A stretch of 61,619 nucleotides of DNA, the filler included, from Platydemus manokwari (Eukaryota): NCBI GenBank assembly GCA_037951405.1. It is 5 parts of 5 records of this genome, joined end to end, with 100 filler letters (N's around TTAATTAATTAA, not from the genome) between each part and the next. Parts side by side here need not be neighbours in the genome. Positions count along the whole stretch, not along the records: positions 24,028 to 38,678 come from JBBMOY011424755.1; 4 more parts are not named here. One strand, written 5' to 3'. Shown piece by piece: positions 24,753-37,800 of the stretch (the stretch's first letter is position 1; each line of letters opens with the position of its first letter). The notes under the pieces were generated by a model. The model ran no database searches and was not told the DNA's origin. It saw only the letters and a program-made list of their open reading frames with translations. Both the position numbers and the translations under genes were made by a program.

Positions 24753-27700
24753 ATTTACAGAAAGGTAAGATGTTTGCGTTTCTCCTATCTTGAATCTTGA
24801 TATAATATTTCACAATGAATTGATAAATATTTCACGCATGAATTTCACAGCGAAGCTTGATTTTAACCAATGCTATCTCACCCCATAATTTACTAATCAT
24901 ACTTACATTTTTATGTGCACCATCTTAATTTAGAGTTAACACATATTTCTTTGAAAATTTCATTTATTCTCGATCAGTGGCGAACATGTTCATTTATGTA
25001 TTTTTCGCCAAAATAATTCGTGAATATTTTTATAAAAAATGTTCACTTATACATTATGAACTACGTTATTATAACGTCGTTCGTTCCATGGACAGTAACA
25101 TCCATGTTTTTTTAATTAATCGAGATTAATGATAAACTGAGGGAAATCAGGCAAGACCAAATGCATACAGTGAGATATCTTAGATTCATCTATAATTAGA
25201 AATTGTTTCTGTCACCATTTATAATGATAGGAGCAAAGAACAGTCTCATAAAACATACAGAATGACATGAGATACATAAGGTGATGTGGAACCTAATCAT
25301 GACAATTAATTATGTCCCAAATTTGAGAAACCCACTTATGTTGATTGATATTTTCACATGTCATTGTATATAATCAGTAGTAAATTCTAATTGAGAAATT
25401 TTATACTGATGCCTGTAGTAGAATATTAGAATTGCTTGGTGAAAAACAACGAAATAGTTGTTTAGTTGAGCTTAGGTATTTCCCCGTGCCGTTTGTAAAT
25501 ATCGTTTAAATTTATTTTCATCTCAGATTTCAATGATGTCGTCAACAAATCGAGATTTGAGGCTGAACAACAAATGAAACGGTTACCACATCTAAGGAAA
25601 AAATTGGAAGTGATCCAAGGAGAAATCCGAATTCTAAATGATTCGTCAATCGATATAATAAGAAAAATTATTCTCGTTAACAAAGATCTACAAATTATTC
25701 ACGATCAAACCGTAGAGCTTCATTATAACATCACGGACTATGTTGACAAGGTAGATGCGAATTATGTGTTTTAATATCAGTTGTAATTGCTGCTAGTTGT
25801 TAAGAGGCGTAAAATATTGTAATGTTAATAACGACATAAATAATATTAGCAATAACGATTGTGAACATTTTAGATTGAATTAAAATTTTTTTAGATAAAA
25901 TTTTGTATCAAATTTGGTTTTATATTAAATTTTATTTGGTGTAAAATTTTTTAGTATAAAATCAAATTAATTTCTTTAAAAAATTGTATTCAAATATAGC
26001 TTGATGTCGTGATTTTTCAGTTCTTTTTCGATGTGTGTTTTATAAAATAGTTGCGGCTTACAACGACAGCAATATTTATAATAATAATAATAATTATTAT
26101 TATTATTATTATTATTATAGGAATAGTGATAACAATAATGATAATAACAATAATAATATTAAGATAGTTATAATTATAGTGATAATAATATTTTCAGGTT
26201 GACAAATTACTCAATAGATCTCGAAATGATTTAGAAAATGCGAAAACAATCGAAATTTTGTCCGATAAAAAATTAAATAACTTATCACGAGACAATGAAT
26301 TGACAGATTTTTCAAAAGAATTTAAAAAAACTCAAGAACTGATCAACGAACAAAGCGTGACTGTTAATAATCTAGAAAATGAACTGAATAATATCATGAA
26401 GCAACTCTTAGATATCAATAACCAATCAAGTAAGAACATGCAAAATTGATTATAATATTTCTCTGATTGGCTAATAAAATAGATCAATCAAGTAATTAAT
26501 TATTTATTAAAATTTATCGATTATATCATCTATTAAATAATTTTTAAAATGTAAATTATGAAACATTTGATTTTCTCAGTTGATCATCATCATTTGATAC
26601 TTAATGTGTGAAACACAACTATTAACGTTGTCATGACATCTACCCGATTAAACCATTAGCAACTCCATCAGAAAGTCAATAGCTTAACATGGTTTCATGA
26701 TTCGTGACTCACATTCGTAGCAAATATAATGACATCTTAATTTCAATTCATGTCTAGGAGTAAAACGTTGAAGTCACCCACTTTATTTATGTTTTACTTG
26801 TATGTTTCTTTAGTTTCGTTCTAAATAAATGATTATTGACCATGACTAAACATTCGTCAGCGTGTAAATACGAATTCAGTACGATTTAAGAAGCTCAACC
26901 AATAAAAGTATTTTTAAAAACAATATTCAAACAAATTATTTAATGGTTTTTTTAATCATCGATTTTAATTGTAAAAATCGAAAAATATTTACAATTCAAA
27001 TTCTCACTGATTTTCTTTAAAATCTTTGATTTTCTTCGCATTTGTGGTTAGTGAACTTTCTATATTTTTTGTAATATTCTCTTTATCTATCTATCGTTTC
27101 TATTTTATCTCTATACTTTTCTGACATCGATATTTTCAGAATCCAATCCCGCTGAAGTCTCATTTTAGGATTTCGTTGAATATATATTAAAATCAATTTA
27201 AGAAATTCAACCCATATATCTAAATTCGTCCGAAATATTCAAACAAATTATTTAAAAGTATTCCTAGTAATTAATTTTATTTAAAATGATCAAAATTATT
27301 GATAACAGCCTTGAACTCCTCACAATCGATATTCATTGGTAAGCATTTCTGAGCTCAATGGATGCGCACACACACATATGTATTAAATGGTTTTGTCTAC
27401 ATCAGTTATTTTTACAAAACACTTATGAAACGAAAAGAAAATTTATTATTATTTTAGCTAATGAAAAAATATTATCCTTAATACGTACATTATTACTTCT
27501 TAGGGCATTGACTATCCCTTACAAGTAGTTTATTAATTAGACCCGCTACATGTTTACTTAGTCCAATATCCCTTTCAACCGAACTATATGTTGTGTTGGG
27601 TACCATTTGGGTCCATATCAACATATTTCTCATCATCATTATTATTATTATTATTATCATTATTCCGTTATAAAATTGTAAATGGTTTAGATTCAACAAT

Positions 27701-27950
27701 TGAGAACAAACTGCAAGCATATTCCAAAAATATTGACACTTTGTCAGAAAATGTAGAAAATTATTTCAAAAACGAATTCAATGTCGTTACCAAAAATCTC
27801 GATGAATTAAATTTGGATTTTTCTGAACTAATGAAAGAATTGAGATCAGCCGACAAAGAAATCAGTAGATTGGAAATGATTGATGACCATATGGTGGATG
27901 TAAGTAGGAAAGTTTGTTACAAGTCCGGTGGTATCACCGAAGGTTTGTGA
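24753..27950 (+). CDS. LAMC1: Laminin gamma chain, 3' exons: candidate microexon 24753-24764, then 25527-25750, 26198-26429, 27691-27950
   Basis: Phase-compatible GT-AG exons encode a continuous heptad coiled coil with N-glycosylation sequons. It ends KVCYKSGGITEGL*, with a terminal Cys and Glu third from the end, as in laminin gamma-1 (..GCFNTPSIEKP*). The symbol denotes the family, not proven orthology. Confidence 0.75.
25860..26062 (+). mobile_element. Solo LTR of the TRIM family at 60670-61222, inside a laminin intron
   Basis: TGTGA...TGTCGTGATTTTTCAGTTC...ATAAAATAGTTGCGGCTTACA. Flanks ACGAT/ACGAC (5-bp TSD, one mismatch). Confidence 0.8.
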
Positions 27951-29749
27951 TTCTGTCTCATAGAATCATGAGCTCTAAAATCATGTTTTTATGTTCTTGT
28001 GAATAATGGTATGTTTGTTTTAATGACGCTTCTTGTTATTAGTATTGTTTTATTACATCTTGAAAATATCATTGATCAATCAAAGCTGATTTCGGCAATA
28101 TTTACCTCAAACTTGATTTTATACTAGTGCTATTATTATGTTTACGATTTGTTTATTTATATGAATTAATTGTTTGTTTATATTTTGTTTTCATTTATAT
28201 TTTACACTGACTAATACAAACGAATGCAAACATTAAAATTGAATAAAAGATTTTGGATCAAAATCTAAATAGATAATATTATTGTTAAGTTTAGACCTAT
28301 GATAACTTAACGGCTCGATTAACTTCCTATCTGACTATAACCGGTGCACACTACGATAAAATAACTTTTTGATTAAACTTTATTTATATGACAATATACA
28401 CCGACAAAACATTACACAAAGGGAACACAAGTCCCTATAAAGTTAAGTTAATAATTTGAGGACTGGGTCACGGTACTTCTTCTGAATATCTTAGCTCAGA
28501 ATCTACTACTGGGTAATATTACACCACAATATTTTACCTTTAAATGGCTTAGCGCACTGCTAATACCGATACAAAGATACTTTTACAATACACTACTCCC
28601 TTAAAACTACACTGGTTCTAGAGCAAATTACACTAATAATATAATGCTTTTTACCTCTTAAAGTTTGATCATTTGAATGGTGAAAATAAAGAGTTAATTT
28701 ATTTCTCTATGCACCTACCTACTGTGCACATCTGATTGGTTTATAATTATTGCGTCCAATTACCGAATTTAACCGAAAATTGTTTATTTTACTTAAAGAA
28801 AAAAACTAAAATTCATTTATTTGTTAATTATTATTACTGTTTTGGTTTCTTTCTAATTTGTTTAGCAACTATTTTCGTTATTGGGCATCTTGGTAGAAAA
28901 TTAGGATTTCTTTTATGCTTGGCTTTATAAATCTTTTGGGGTTAGTTTTATGTTTTTTTTTGTGTTATTTCTTTGTATTTTATGTTATTACTTGGTATTC
29001 TAAGTTCATCATTATTATTAATATTAATAATTATTATAATCGCACTACAAAATATTAATCGTCGTAAAATATCTGTTGATGAATTAAATGCTCGAATAAT
29101 GAATTTTAATTCGGGTTAATCGCTCCACCAACTTTCTCCAATGGATATGATCTAGTGATAGTTGACATTTACTTGTACTATGCTGACCTTTACTCTGATC
29201 GCTATACTTATCTATATCGGATAATAACCGCAACTTCATTACTGTAGTTTTAGCACACTGACGATTGGCCCGAAGTATAAAATAAGACAAAAGAAAACTT
29301 TAACTAAACTTTATAATTCTTGGAATTAATCAAATAATTTATTGAAAGTGAAGTGTGCATTCAATACAGTACCAAAGTGAGTACCGAAGAAAGTGAAGCA
29401 CAGCAGAATTAGACTTAGTGTGATGCCGACCGCTTGACATTAATATACACATACTGACTTGATAATAATGATAGATATGGCATTTCATTTTGACCCTATT
29501 GATTTAATTGATCTCTTCGGTTTTAATGATCTTAAAAATGAATAAAATATTTTATATAATGTCTTTTTATATTGAATGTTCAAGATGATTCATATAAACT
29601 AGTTTGAGTGAAGAAAATAATTACTTTAATTGTTCTTAACAATTAATAATATAAGGTTTGATGCTTATAATTAGAACGTACTTAAATAGAAGCATGAAAT
29701 CTATAAATAAACTATTTAGAATTTATAAAGAAGGAACTCGGGGAAATTT

Positions 29750-32130
29750 TAGAATTATTTATTTTAGATAAATTAGGCCACTGTATGAGGCTAAGATCAA
29801 TAATAACACTAAAGGAATTATTAATATGAGCGAGGTTGTTACTTTCTAAACCCTGAAGAGGAACCTTCTAGTTCCAAGCATAAACTAATCTGTAAAAGTG
29901 ATGATAAACAGATTCTCTGCATGAGCAAGTATATCTAATTCCAAAGATAAATGAGTAACAGGAAGTGTTCTCTGGGTTTGAAGTGATTATTTATAAAATA
30001 ATGAATAAAGGTAATCGATTTATGTACGAACCAGATTCAGTATTAGATTTACCAAAAGACAAGGAAAATCGTTAATAACTGTACCCGATAATATAAATTG
30101 ACTGATTTGCGCGTGGAGATTAATTTACAATTATCTTTGGCTTCATTGGTACTGAGCTTCTGCTTCAATTGATAATCCAAAAATGAATTGTGGATTAATT
30201 GGCTTCGATTAATAAACGATTTTTAAATTGCATTCAAATTCGTGCCTTAATTGATGACAGATAATCTTCAATTTTTCTGTCTCACACAACGAAAAATCCC
30301 AGGTGGTATTTACCTTAAGACTGGTTTTGTACATGAATCTCTAATAGATGACGACTTAGTTTCCTCGATTGGTGTCCAATAATAACCGCGGGCAGTCAAT
30401 TTATAGTCGAACTGCTCTTGTCTCGGATGTCTTTGATTATTTGATCTTCTGTGTTGCAAACTAAGCATCTGATTGGTACAAATAAATAATTTGTTTCTGA
30501 ACAGAAAAGTCTTTAGAATTTCCCTGTGAAGTATTGTTTCATACAAGCCCTAATTAAGGTTGTTGACTCATAAGTAGACCCTAATTAAGAAATTTTTGTT
30601 CATGAATTCAGGGGTTTCAACAGTTCGAAATCGAAATAAAATTTTTGTAAATTTTTTGTATTTATTTTATTATTAATTTTAGTTTTTGTTATGTGAAATC
30701 AATTTTTTTAATAATCCTCCCATTTTAAATGCTCTTATCATATAACTTTCTAAACCTGTAATATCATAACTCAAAAAAATTAAGCTTCTAATTCGTTATA
30801 TAACAAATAGTGGATTTATCGTTCTATATTAATATTTATAAAACTAAGTTAGAAATTTAAAAAGTGATTTATTTAGATGGTATGCATTATTTGAATTTTT
30901 CATTCATTATCTTTGACTGTAATCGGTAGTGGGGGTCTTCAGTTCTCATTTGGGTTAGGTTTTTGGGTAGCTGAATTTTCAAATTATGAATTTTCCTAAT
31001 TTATAATATTTATCTTCACTAACTTGGTTAACTTAGTTGAAATTTAGCGAAAGTAGATAATTTATTTAACGCGGGTTTTAATTACATATCTGCTCCTTCT
31101 ATCGTCTTACTGGGTTTTCTGTCACTTTGATATAGATTTATAATTTTATATATCACTGAATTATCACAGACACTAATATTCCTGTTTTCTAATTTAATTG
31201 GATTTCGAAAATTAAGGTTTCTTGAGTTTGACAATAGTTTCACAATATGAATTATAGCGACTTTTTTTTACTTGCAAAGGCATTGATGGATTTATTGGGT
31301 TGTTGGGTTTGAAAAATATTAAGAAAAATAATTTAATGTGACTTTAATTTCTAGTTTTATTGTTTATTTATTTTATATTTTATTAACATGATTGTTTGGT
31401 AATAGATAAAATTAGCACTGAATTGTTAGCGTGGGATATTTTTGGTATACATTATCAACTGGATCTCTTCTATACGGATCTTTTCTATTGTAAATATTAA
31501 TTATGTTCTAATTTATTCCTAAATTTAAATTATCACAAATATTCGGCTAAAATTATAATTATATTTGTTAATTATAATACTTAAATAAGGGAACATTTAT
31601 TTACAACAATTAGGATGTCATATATAACCACATTATTGATGACGTAATCACACAAAGAACGATTAATTGGTTAGTAGCAACTGACAGTTGTGCAATGGCT
31701 ATTCACATTTACGAATTTCCCTTACATCCCTTATAGAAATCTTTCAACCATTGTCACTGAAGTCATTAAATCGTCTAGGCTCTCTTGATTTTGGATTAAA
31801 TGATTCTTTTAATTGTATATCCAATTGTCTTCGCTCTCAAGCTGTTGTCGTTGGGGATCACTGTTGAAATTTCTTTTGGAGAATCTAGTACTGATCTGAT
31901 TATGTACTATGTATTAATATTGGACATGATCATTTCTACCGCAGTCAATGCAGTGCACGTTGTTGCATTGAGCTCTAATGCTTCTGTAATGAATTTATCC
32001 AAATCATCTTTAGTCTTTAATTACTCTGGAGGTTTGATAAAATTCTGGACGTTGGTCGCTATGTTAGAAATAAGTTGTTTTATACTGAATAATTTATTTA
32101 ACATAATTACAATATATACATCATTTTATT
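29750..32130 (-). mobile_element. Highly degenerate LTR-retrotransposon internal sequence
   Basis: HPRQEQFDYKLTARGYYW (~30380-30430) resembles the integrase H..G....RYYWP zinc region. Stop-riddled coding-like sequence lies upstream. Boundaries approximate. Confidence 0.4.
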
Positions 32131-32235
32131 GCTGATGTGAAATAATAACATCTTGGGAGGTTTTTTGGATAGTAGTAAAAAATTTCATTCTTGTTATCTT
32201 TATTTGAAAAATCATTTTCTGTCGGACACAAATGA

Positions 32236-32987
32236 TCGTAATCACCCAAGTATAATGCTCCCCTACTTTTAAATTTTAAAAACTGGTCTTTTTTAACATA
32301 CCCAAGTATAACGCTCTCCTAAGTTTTCAAATTTTTCTGTTAAAAAATTAAGATTTTGTAAAGAAAATTTTATTTCAGACAATTACATTTTCTGCAATTC
32401 AATCAGAATCATTACTGTCACTAAAAAATTCATGAAACTCTTCCGGAGTCAGTCTTGCGTCTGTATCCCAGTTATAGCCAACTTGGTCTTCTCCATTTTC
32501 TTCGTTTGTGTCTTCTTTCCAGGGTTTCATCTTCCGTGCCATCTAAATTGTTTGAGATTCCAATCTTCAGGAATCCCTTAGATTTCAAAGTCATGCAGAT
32601 ATCTTTGATTTAACACATGAGTGAAATGAAATTACTTTGTCATCAAAGTCTGAAGGTAGCTTTGCATCTCTTTTCGGTTACCCATTCCACGAGCACTTTT
32701 TCTAAGTCCGGCTACTTGGCTGGAAAGGCCCTGCAAGCTTTTTTAGTTTTTGGCGGCTCAATAAGACATTTTTTCTGCTTCATAACAAGATCTATTTCTT
32801 TTAAATTCTGGTGTGTCAGTTATGCTTGTTGTGGGATCAGAATGATTGTCGTTTAAAAATTGTTAATATACATACGTCTCTTATTACATAATCTGATATT
32901 CCTTACATACTCAAGTATAATACTCCCCCCATTTTTAATGTTGAAATTTGAGGCGAAAATGGGAGCATTATACTTGGGTGATTACGG
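32236..32987 (-). mobile_element. Internally deleted pogo-like (Tc2/POGK-type) DNA transposon
   Basis: ~26-bp TIRs CGTAATCACCCAAGTATAATGCTCCC / GGGAGCATTATACTTGGGTGATTACG, with TA after the right end and extra internal copies at ~32301 and ~32910. Minus strand reads AK*PDLEKVLVEWVTEKR (CENP-B HTH) close to GFLKIGISNNLDGTEDE (pogo C-terminus), with the DDE core missing. Confidence 0.88.
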
Positions 32988-33499
32988 TAACAATATTATC
33001 TTTAACTTTGGACTCCAATTTAAAATCATTAATAAAGTCATCTATGAACAGAATAAGCATTTTGATTTTATGAATAATCAAACCGATTCTTTGACTAAAT
33101 TGATTAAGATGATAAATAAAAGTTTTAAGTAAACAATTAAATAAGATCAAATTATCATTATTATAAAATACATAAATGCTTTCTTCCAAAATTGGAAACA
33201 ATTTTTAAACTAATGAAAAGTTATCATTTAACTTGTTAAACAGTTGTGAAAAGTAGAAATAATTCTTACTCGCACTCACATTTAAAAATTTTTTCATCTT
33301 AGCATTAAAATTCATAGGTTTTTGTCGTAGGGACCTCATTCAAACAAGATTTCGTTATCCTTTTATTTCAATTTTTATTGATAAAATGTCTTATTAATTC
33401 TAATTTTTTTCCAAACTCAACTCTAATATTATCTCTCCACATAAATTCATTTACCTAATCCTGTAAAAATTTCTTTTTAGTACCCGTCATTGTTTGACA

Positions 33500-33585
33500 T
33501 CCTTAAGATTCTGAGTTTGAACACCTGTAATTGGTTCCACAAAGTTAACTCAATGGTTAACGGTATGGTGTTCATATCCCAAAAC
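33500..33585 (-). mobile_element. Merlin (IS1595/ISXO2-like) transposase remnant
   Basis: LGYEHHTVNH*VNFVEPITGVQTQNL matches the GY.H.TVNHS.NFVDP.TG.HTN.IE signature. Confidence 0.75.
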
Positions 33586-34171
33586 TTCAGGATTATTATA
33601 GATCCAGTTGGTTCTTCTTGGTTCTGCTAATTAAATTAATGTATTATTCTCTTGTTGAAGTGATTATTCACATAAATATTTCTACAATTTATTCCAAGTC
33701 GTTTGTTAGTAGTAGCTGCTTCATTTAAATTTTGAGATTCATTGTAATTAGTCATTTAGAAGTTTTTCGAAAAATTGGTAAAGATATTTAAATTTTTTAA
33801 AATTTGCCTAAATTCATTTAATCAACATTTAACGTTAAAAAATTATCGAAAGTATTAACTCTTGTCTATTAATAAAAGATCTATGGCGTTTCGAGTGCGA
33901 TGTAATTGATATATGAATATTAATTATGTTATAAATAGATTGATGAGATGGTTTCACTGAAAATGTATTAAATATAATATACACTAAAATTTGAATGACA
34001 AAATATTACAATGATTGGCTACGAAAAGGAGCTGGGGAAGTGTTTTATGTTATTTGTTATTTATCGTTCCAATTCCAGTAATACGATTCTGTTTTTTGTG
34101 ATTACTTATCTTTTATTTTTGGAATTAAGATTCTAAATTTGTAATATGTAACAATCTTAATTATGACTATT

Positions 34172-34468
34172 TGTATGTTGAACTTTTAATTTGTATTTTT
34201 TGTTTTAATCAGTCTCTAAATATTATTAACTATTGCGGATCACTGATGTCTTGATCAGTCTCAATGAGCACTAATCAAGCTCAAGGTACAATCTACAAAA
34301 CCTTATTTCTATCCTATTCTCCTCGCAATCTATACTATATGACGATAGTACGATCGGCAACAATGATCCAGTAATGCCATCTAATATTACTAGTCTCAAT
34401 AGTTTTGTTATACTTGTACTTTAATAATCCTTGATTTTAACTACGATATACACTGAAATATAATAACA
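34172..34468 (-). mobile_element. Diverged solo LTR related to 43176-43490
   Basis: Shares ATCAGTCTC, GTCTTGA.CAGTCTC..TGAGC.CT.ATCAA....AGGTACAAT, ATACTATATG..GAT...GGCA.CAATGAT and TATACAC..AAATATA..ACA blocks. Confidence 0.7.
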
Positions 34469-34899
34469 CCTATCTGATAATATATGTATCCCAAATTTAT
34501 ATTTATTCCCTCTCTTGAAGTATATATGTATTAATATTTTAATTATAATTATATATTTGTTCATAATTATAAATTTTCTCTGGTAAATAATTCATCCAGA
34601 TGTAATGAAATTTTCTAATAAAAAATTGTTACAATTATTAACATAGCTTATCATATAATCGAGGAAGATAAAAATGTTACACTTATACAACAGTCATTAA
34701 CTGACAGAATTCGATACATTAGTTGATACAATTCAACTAATGTAACATGAAATATAAAATAGCTATATTTATCGATATAGTTCGATTAACATAAAAAATT
34801 AATAGATCAATATCATATAGTTTTTATCGGAACAGTTATTGTTAATTTTGTCAAAACTCCAACATTACCGGGGAGCAAGATAAGCATGTTCTCATGCTT

Positions 34900-35750
34900 C
34901 GCTTTCTTCTAAACTGGTTTCTCTTATATCTCGTCTGCTTTTTTGGGTAGCCTTTTTGTCATTAGAAGTTACTATATCCCAAGGTCGGCCTTTGGTTTCT
35001 GGGTTTTTGTTCTATTAATTGTCTTATCTCTTCCGTGAACATTATTTTTACTCCACCATAATTTTTCAACTATATAAACTTATCCAGACAAGGTATTCCT
35101 TATTATCAGCATCAGTAGCCAATTACACAAACTGCATAGTTGTCCTCAATCTAATTGAAATGATTGTGCATAGACTTTTTGGCTTAACTTGGTTCCAGTT
35201 ACTAATTTGATGATTGTTTCTTCGTTAATTAAGTATTTGACATCCTTGACATTAGAACGACAGAATATTTTGCAGATAAAACATCAAAAACATTCAATTG
35301 TCTTACAAAAACGAGCATAATGTCCTTTTTGTTTACACTTGAAACAAGTCCATTGATTTCTCTTGCAATCTGATATTCGAATAGTTTGGGTGCTTTTTAA
35401 ATTTGGTTGTGTTGCATGAACCTTAAATTCTCAAATTATTTTATACGTTTCAGATTCCACGATATATCCAAATCTTCGGTTTTTGCCTCGAGACATCTAT
35501 TTGTTCCCTGACAAGTCTGACAGTTTTATCTATATTCTTTGGGTTCAATTGCTTCAGCACAAATTTGTGGGTCTTATTAAGAAGCCCTTTTATGAATATT
35601 TTGTTAGATACCTCTTCCTTATTCTCAATATTAATTATAGGCACTGCAATTTTCTTAATTGAAGATAAGTCTCTTGTGTAACTTAAATTTGATTTTATTT
35701 CCAACTTTACACCAGGATATTATTTCCATCGGAATCAAAAGACACCTCCA
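34900..35750 (-). mobile_element. Degenerate gag/ORF1 with CCHC zinc knuckle
   Basis: TCFKCKQKGHYARFCK at ~35302-35349 on the minus strand; surrounding frames are broken. Confidence 0.7.
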
Positions 35751-37082
35751 AGTCACGGCAATGAACATCAACGTCAAATCCTAAATTGCGTAGAAAGGAG
35801 TCCATAATGTGCTTGCGAGTAGTGTTTCAGAATATGAGCAGAGGTCTCAACAAGGGTATTACTACGCCCGCAATTCATGTCTAGGGATTTGGCCAAAAGA
35901 AAGGTGCGATAGCGAAGCTGCAGACCGATACAATGGGAGAGAGATTGATATCATGAGATTGGAGCGCTTAGATGCAGAAAAGCAATCAAAAATGAGCCCC
36001 TGTGACTTAAATTTTGACCATTTGTCAGCGTACGTAAGCATGACGGTAACATACTGGATCTGACAAAGATCCTTTTGTTTCTTAAAGTTAAACTGGAAAA
36101 CCTTAGTGCCTACAAGGTCAACTTTGAGAAAGATTTCACCATCTATCGAAGAGAACGCAATCTAAATCTTTGGATCTCAAATTCTGAACTGACTTCCTAA
36201 CTTTTAGACCATCACGTTTGAGTTGACTGCTCAGCCACGAGATAGCCTGTGTTAAGTCGTTCGATAGTGGGATTGAAAATATGGTAACCGAAAAAAAGCT
36301 AAGTTTTTAACATAAAAAATTTTCGTTTAGAGGCATTGGGATATCCCTCACCTCATTTTCAGGTGGTATGCTTCGATGGATTTCAGTAGTTGTCTTTCTT
36401 TCTAGGCAGAAGAATTATAATCCTGAGAGTACGACAGTCCTGATTTTGGTCCGTACCGGATAGTTTTAATTTTCTAGTTTTTTTCTGTTACAGATAGTAA
36501 ATTGATAACATGTTTGAGGTCTGTATGAAAATGTCTAAGAATGATAAAATATTTAATATTTTGTAAAAGTTATTTATTAAATCTTTCGTAAGAAATTACG
36601 TGCCTGTTGTGCCCACATATTTTATTGATTGCGGATTTATTCATGTTGAGTAGTTTAACGAATTAGCCATTGCGAGTTATTTATAAATTTTAAAGTTTTT
36701 TAGTTGCATTTAGAGGTTAATAATTTGGAAAAATAAAGTATTAAGAAAATTAATTAAAAAGTTGCAAAAATTTGATAACTAAAATTGGCGTTTATTTAAA
36801 AGTAGCTAAAATAATTAAAAATCTTCTATTCATTATTAAAAGTAATAAAAATTATTAAAAATTAGGGAAATTAGTTTTAAAGCTGTTAAATATTCGTTTC
36901 ATTAATATAAACTATGAATAGGTAAATTGATCACGGAAATTAATTATAAAAATGTAATGGATAAATGTAGATAGAATAAAGGTGATATGATGTTCAGTTT
37001 TATTTTTTTGATGGTAAATGAGATAAAGTGATGTTAAAGAAACATTAAAAGTTAATTAATTTAAATTAAATAAGTCCATTGA

Positions 37083-37800
37083 TTATTGTGTATGTGCTTG
37101 TGTTTTGGATTTGTCTTCAATTGTGTGGGCTATACATATGATGTATACATTTCTTAGTAAGTTGGTGATAATAATCGATGATAAATGATTGATATGATTT
37201 ATGTCTAGGCCTAATAATTTCAGTAATTTATCGTTGTGTGGGTCCCATGATCCTAAAACTCCTATATTTAGGTCGTCTAGTGTGGTTTGGTGTCTGTTGA
37301 TTTTTGCTATTTGTTGTGTGATATTTTTGTACTTATTGTAGTTAAGAGAGCGATATAGGTTAATGTTTGCATCCATGTCGTACGGGATTTATAAGTCGAT
37401 AATATGTGTTTCAAGCATTATTGCGAATAATTAAGCCGGGTCGGAGTTTTGCTTATAATTCAACTGTAGTAGTGTAATATCTGTGTTGAATCTGAGTGAT
37501 TGTAAGTATTTACCTATTGTTTCTAGTACCATTGCGTGTCTCCTATTGCATTTGCCCGGAATTAATGGGCAGTGAGTGAAAACCGAATTGCGGCGGTTTC
37601 GGGTTCAATATTACATCTGCGGCAGGTAATTGATTTTTTAAATTTTCGAAAATGTGGGAAGTAATTTAGAAGTAGATTACGCGCCCAGTGTGTGAAGATC
37701 CATATTTCGGGTAAGAGTTGACAATAATTTAGAGGTTTTTGTGATCTGATTGATGCTGTTTTTTAAGAAGCTTCCATTGGTTGAAGAACTTCATTTGGAT
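37083..37800 (-). mobile_element. 3' end of an RLE-encoding non-LTR retrotransposon (NeSL/Utopia/R5-like), degenerate
   Basis: Ordered motifs: CRRC...HC, RRH, LRP(D>G)LII, IIDL*IPYD, NKY, IGVLGSWDPHN, consistent with a CCHC finger plus PD-(D/E)xK restriction-like endonuclease. Confidence 0.85.

Noticed and set aside
27140-27338. Possible extra laminin exon (TTTTCAG ... GGTAAG)
   Set aside because: In-frame TAG in the required phase; exon 26198-26429 joins 27691 cleanly.
35800-36460. GC-richer segment, possibly another non-LTR fragment
   Set aside because: Motifs are too degraded to assign.
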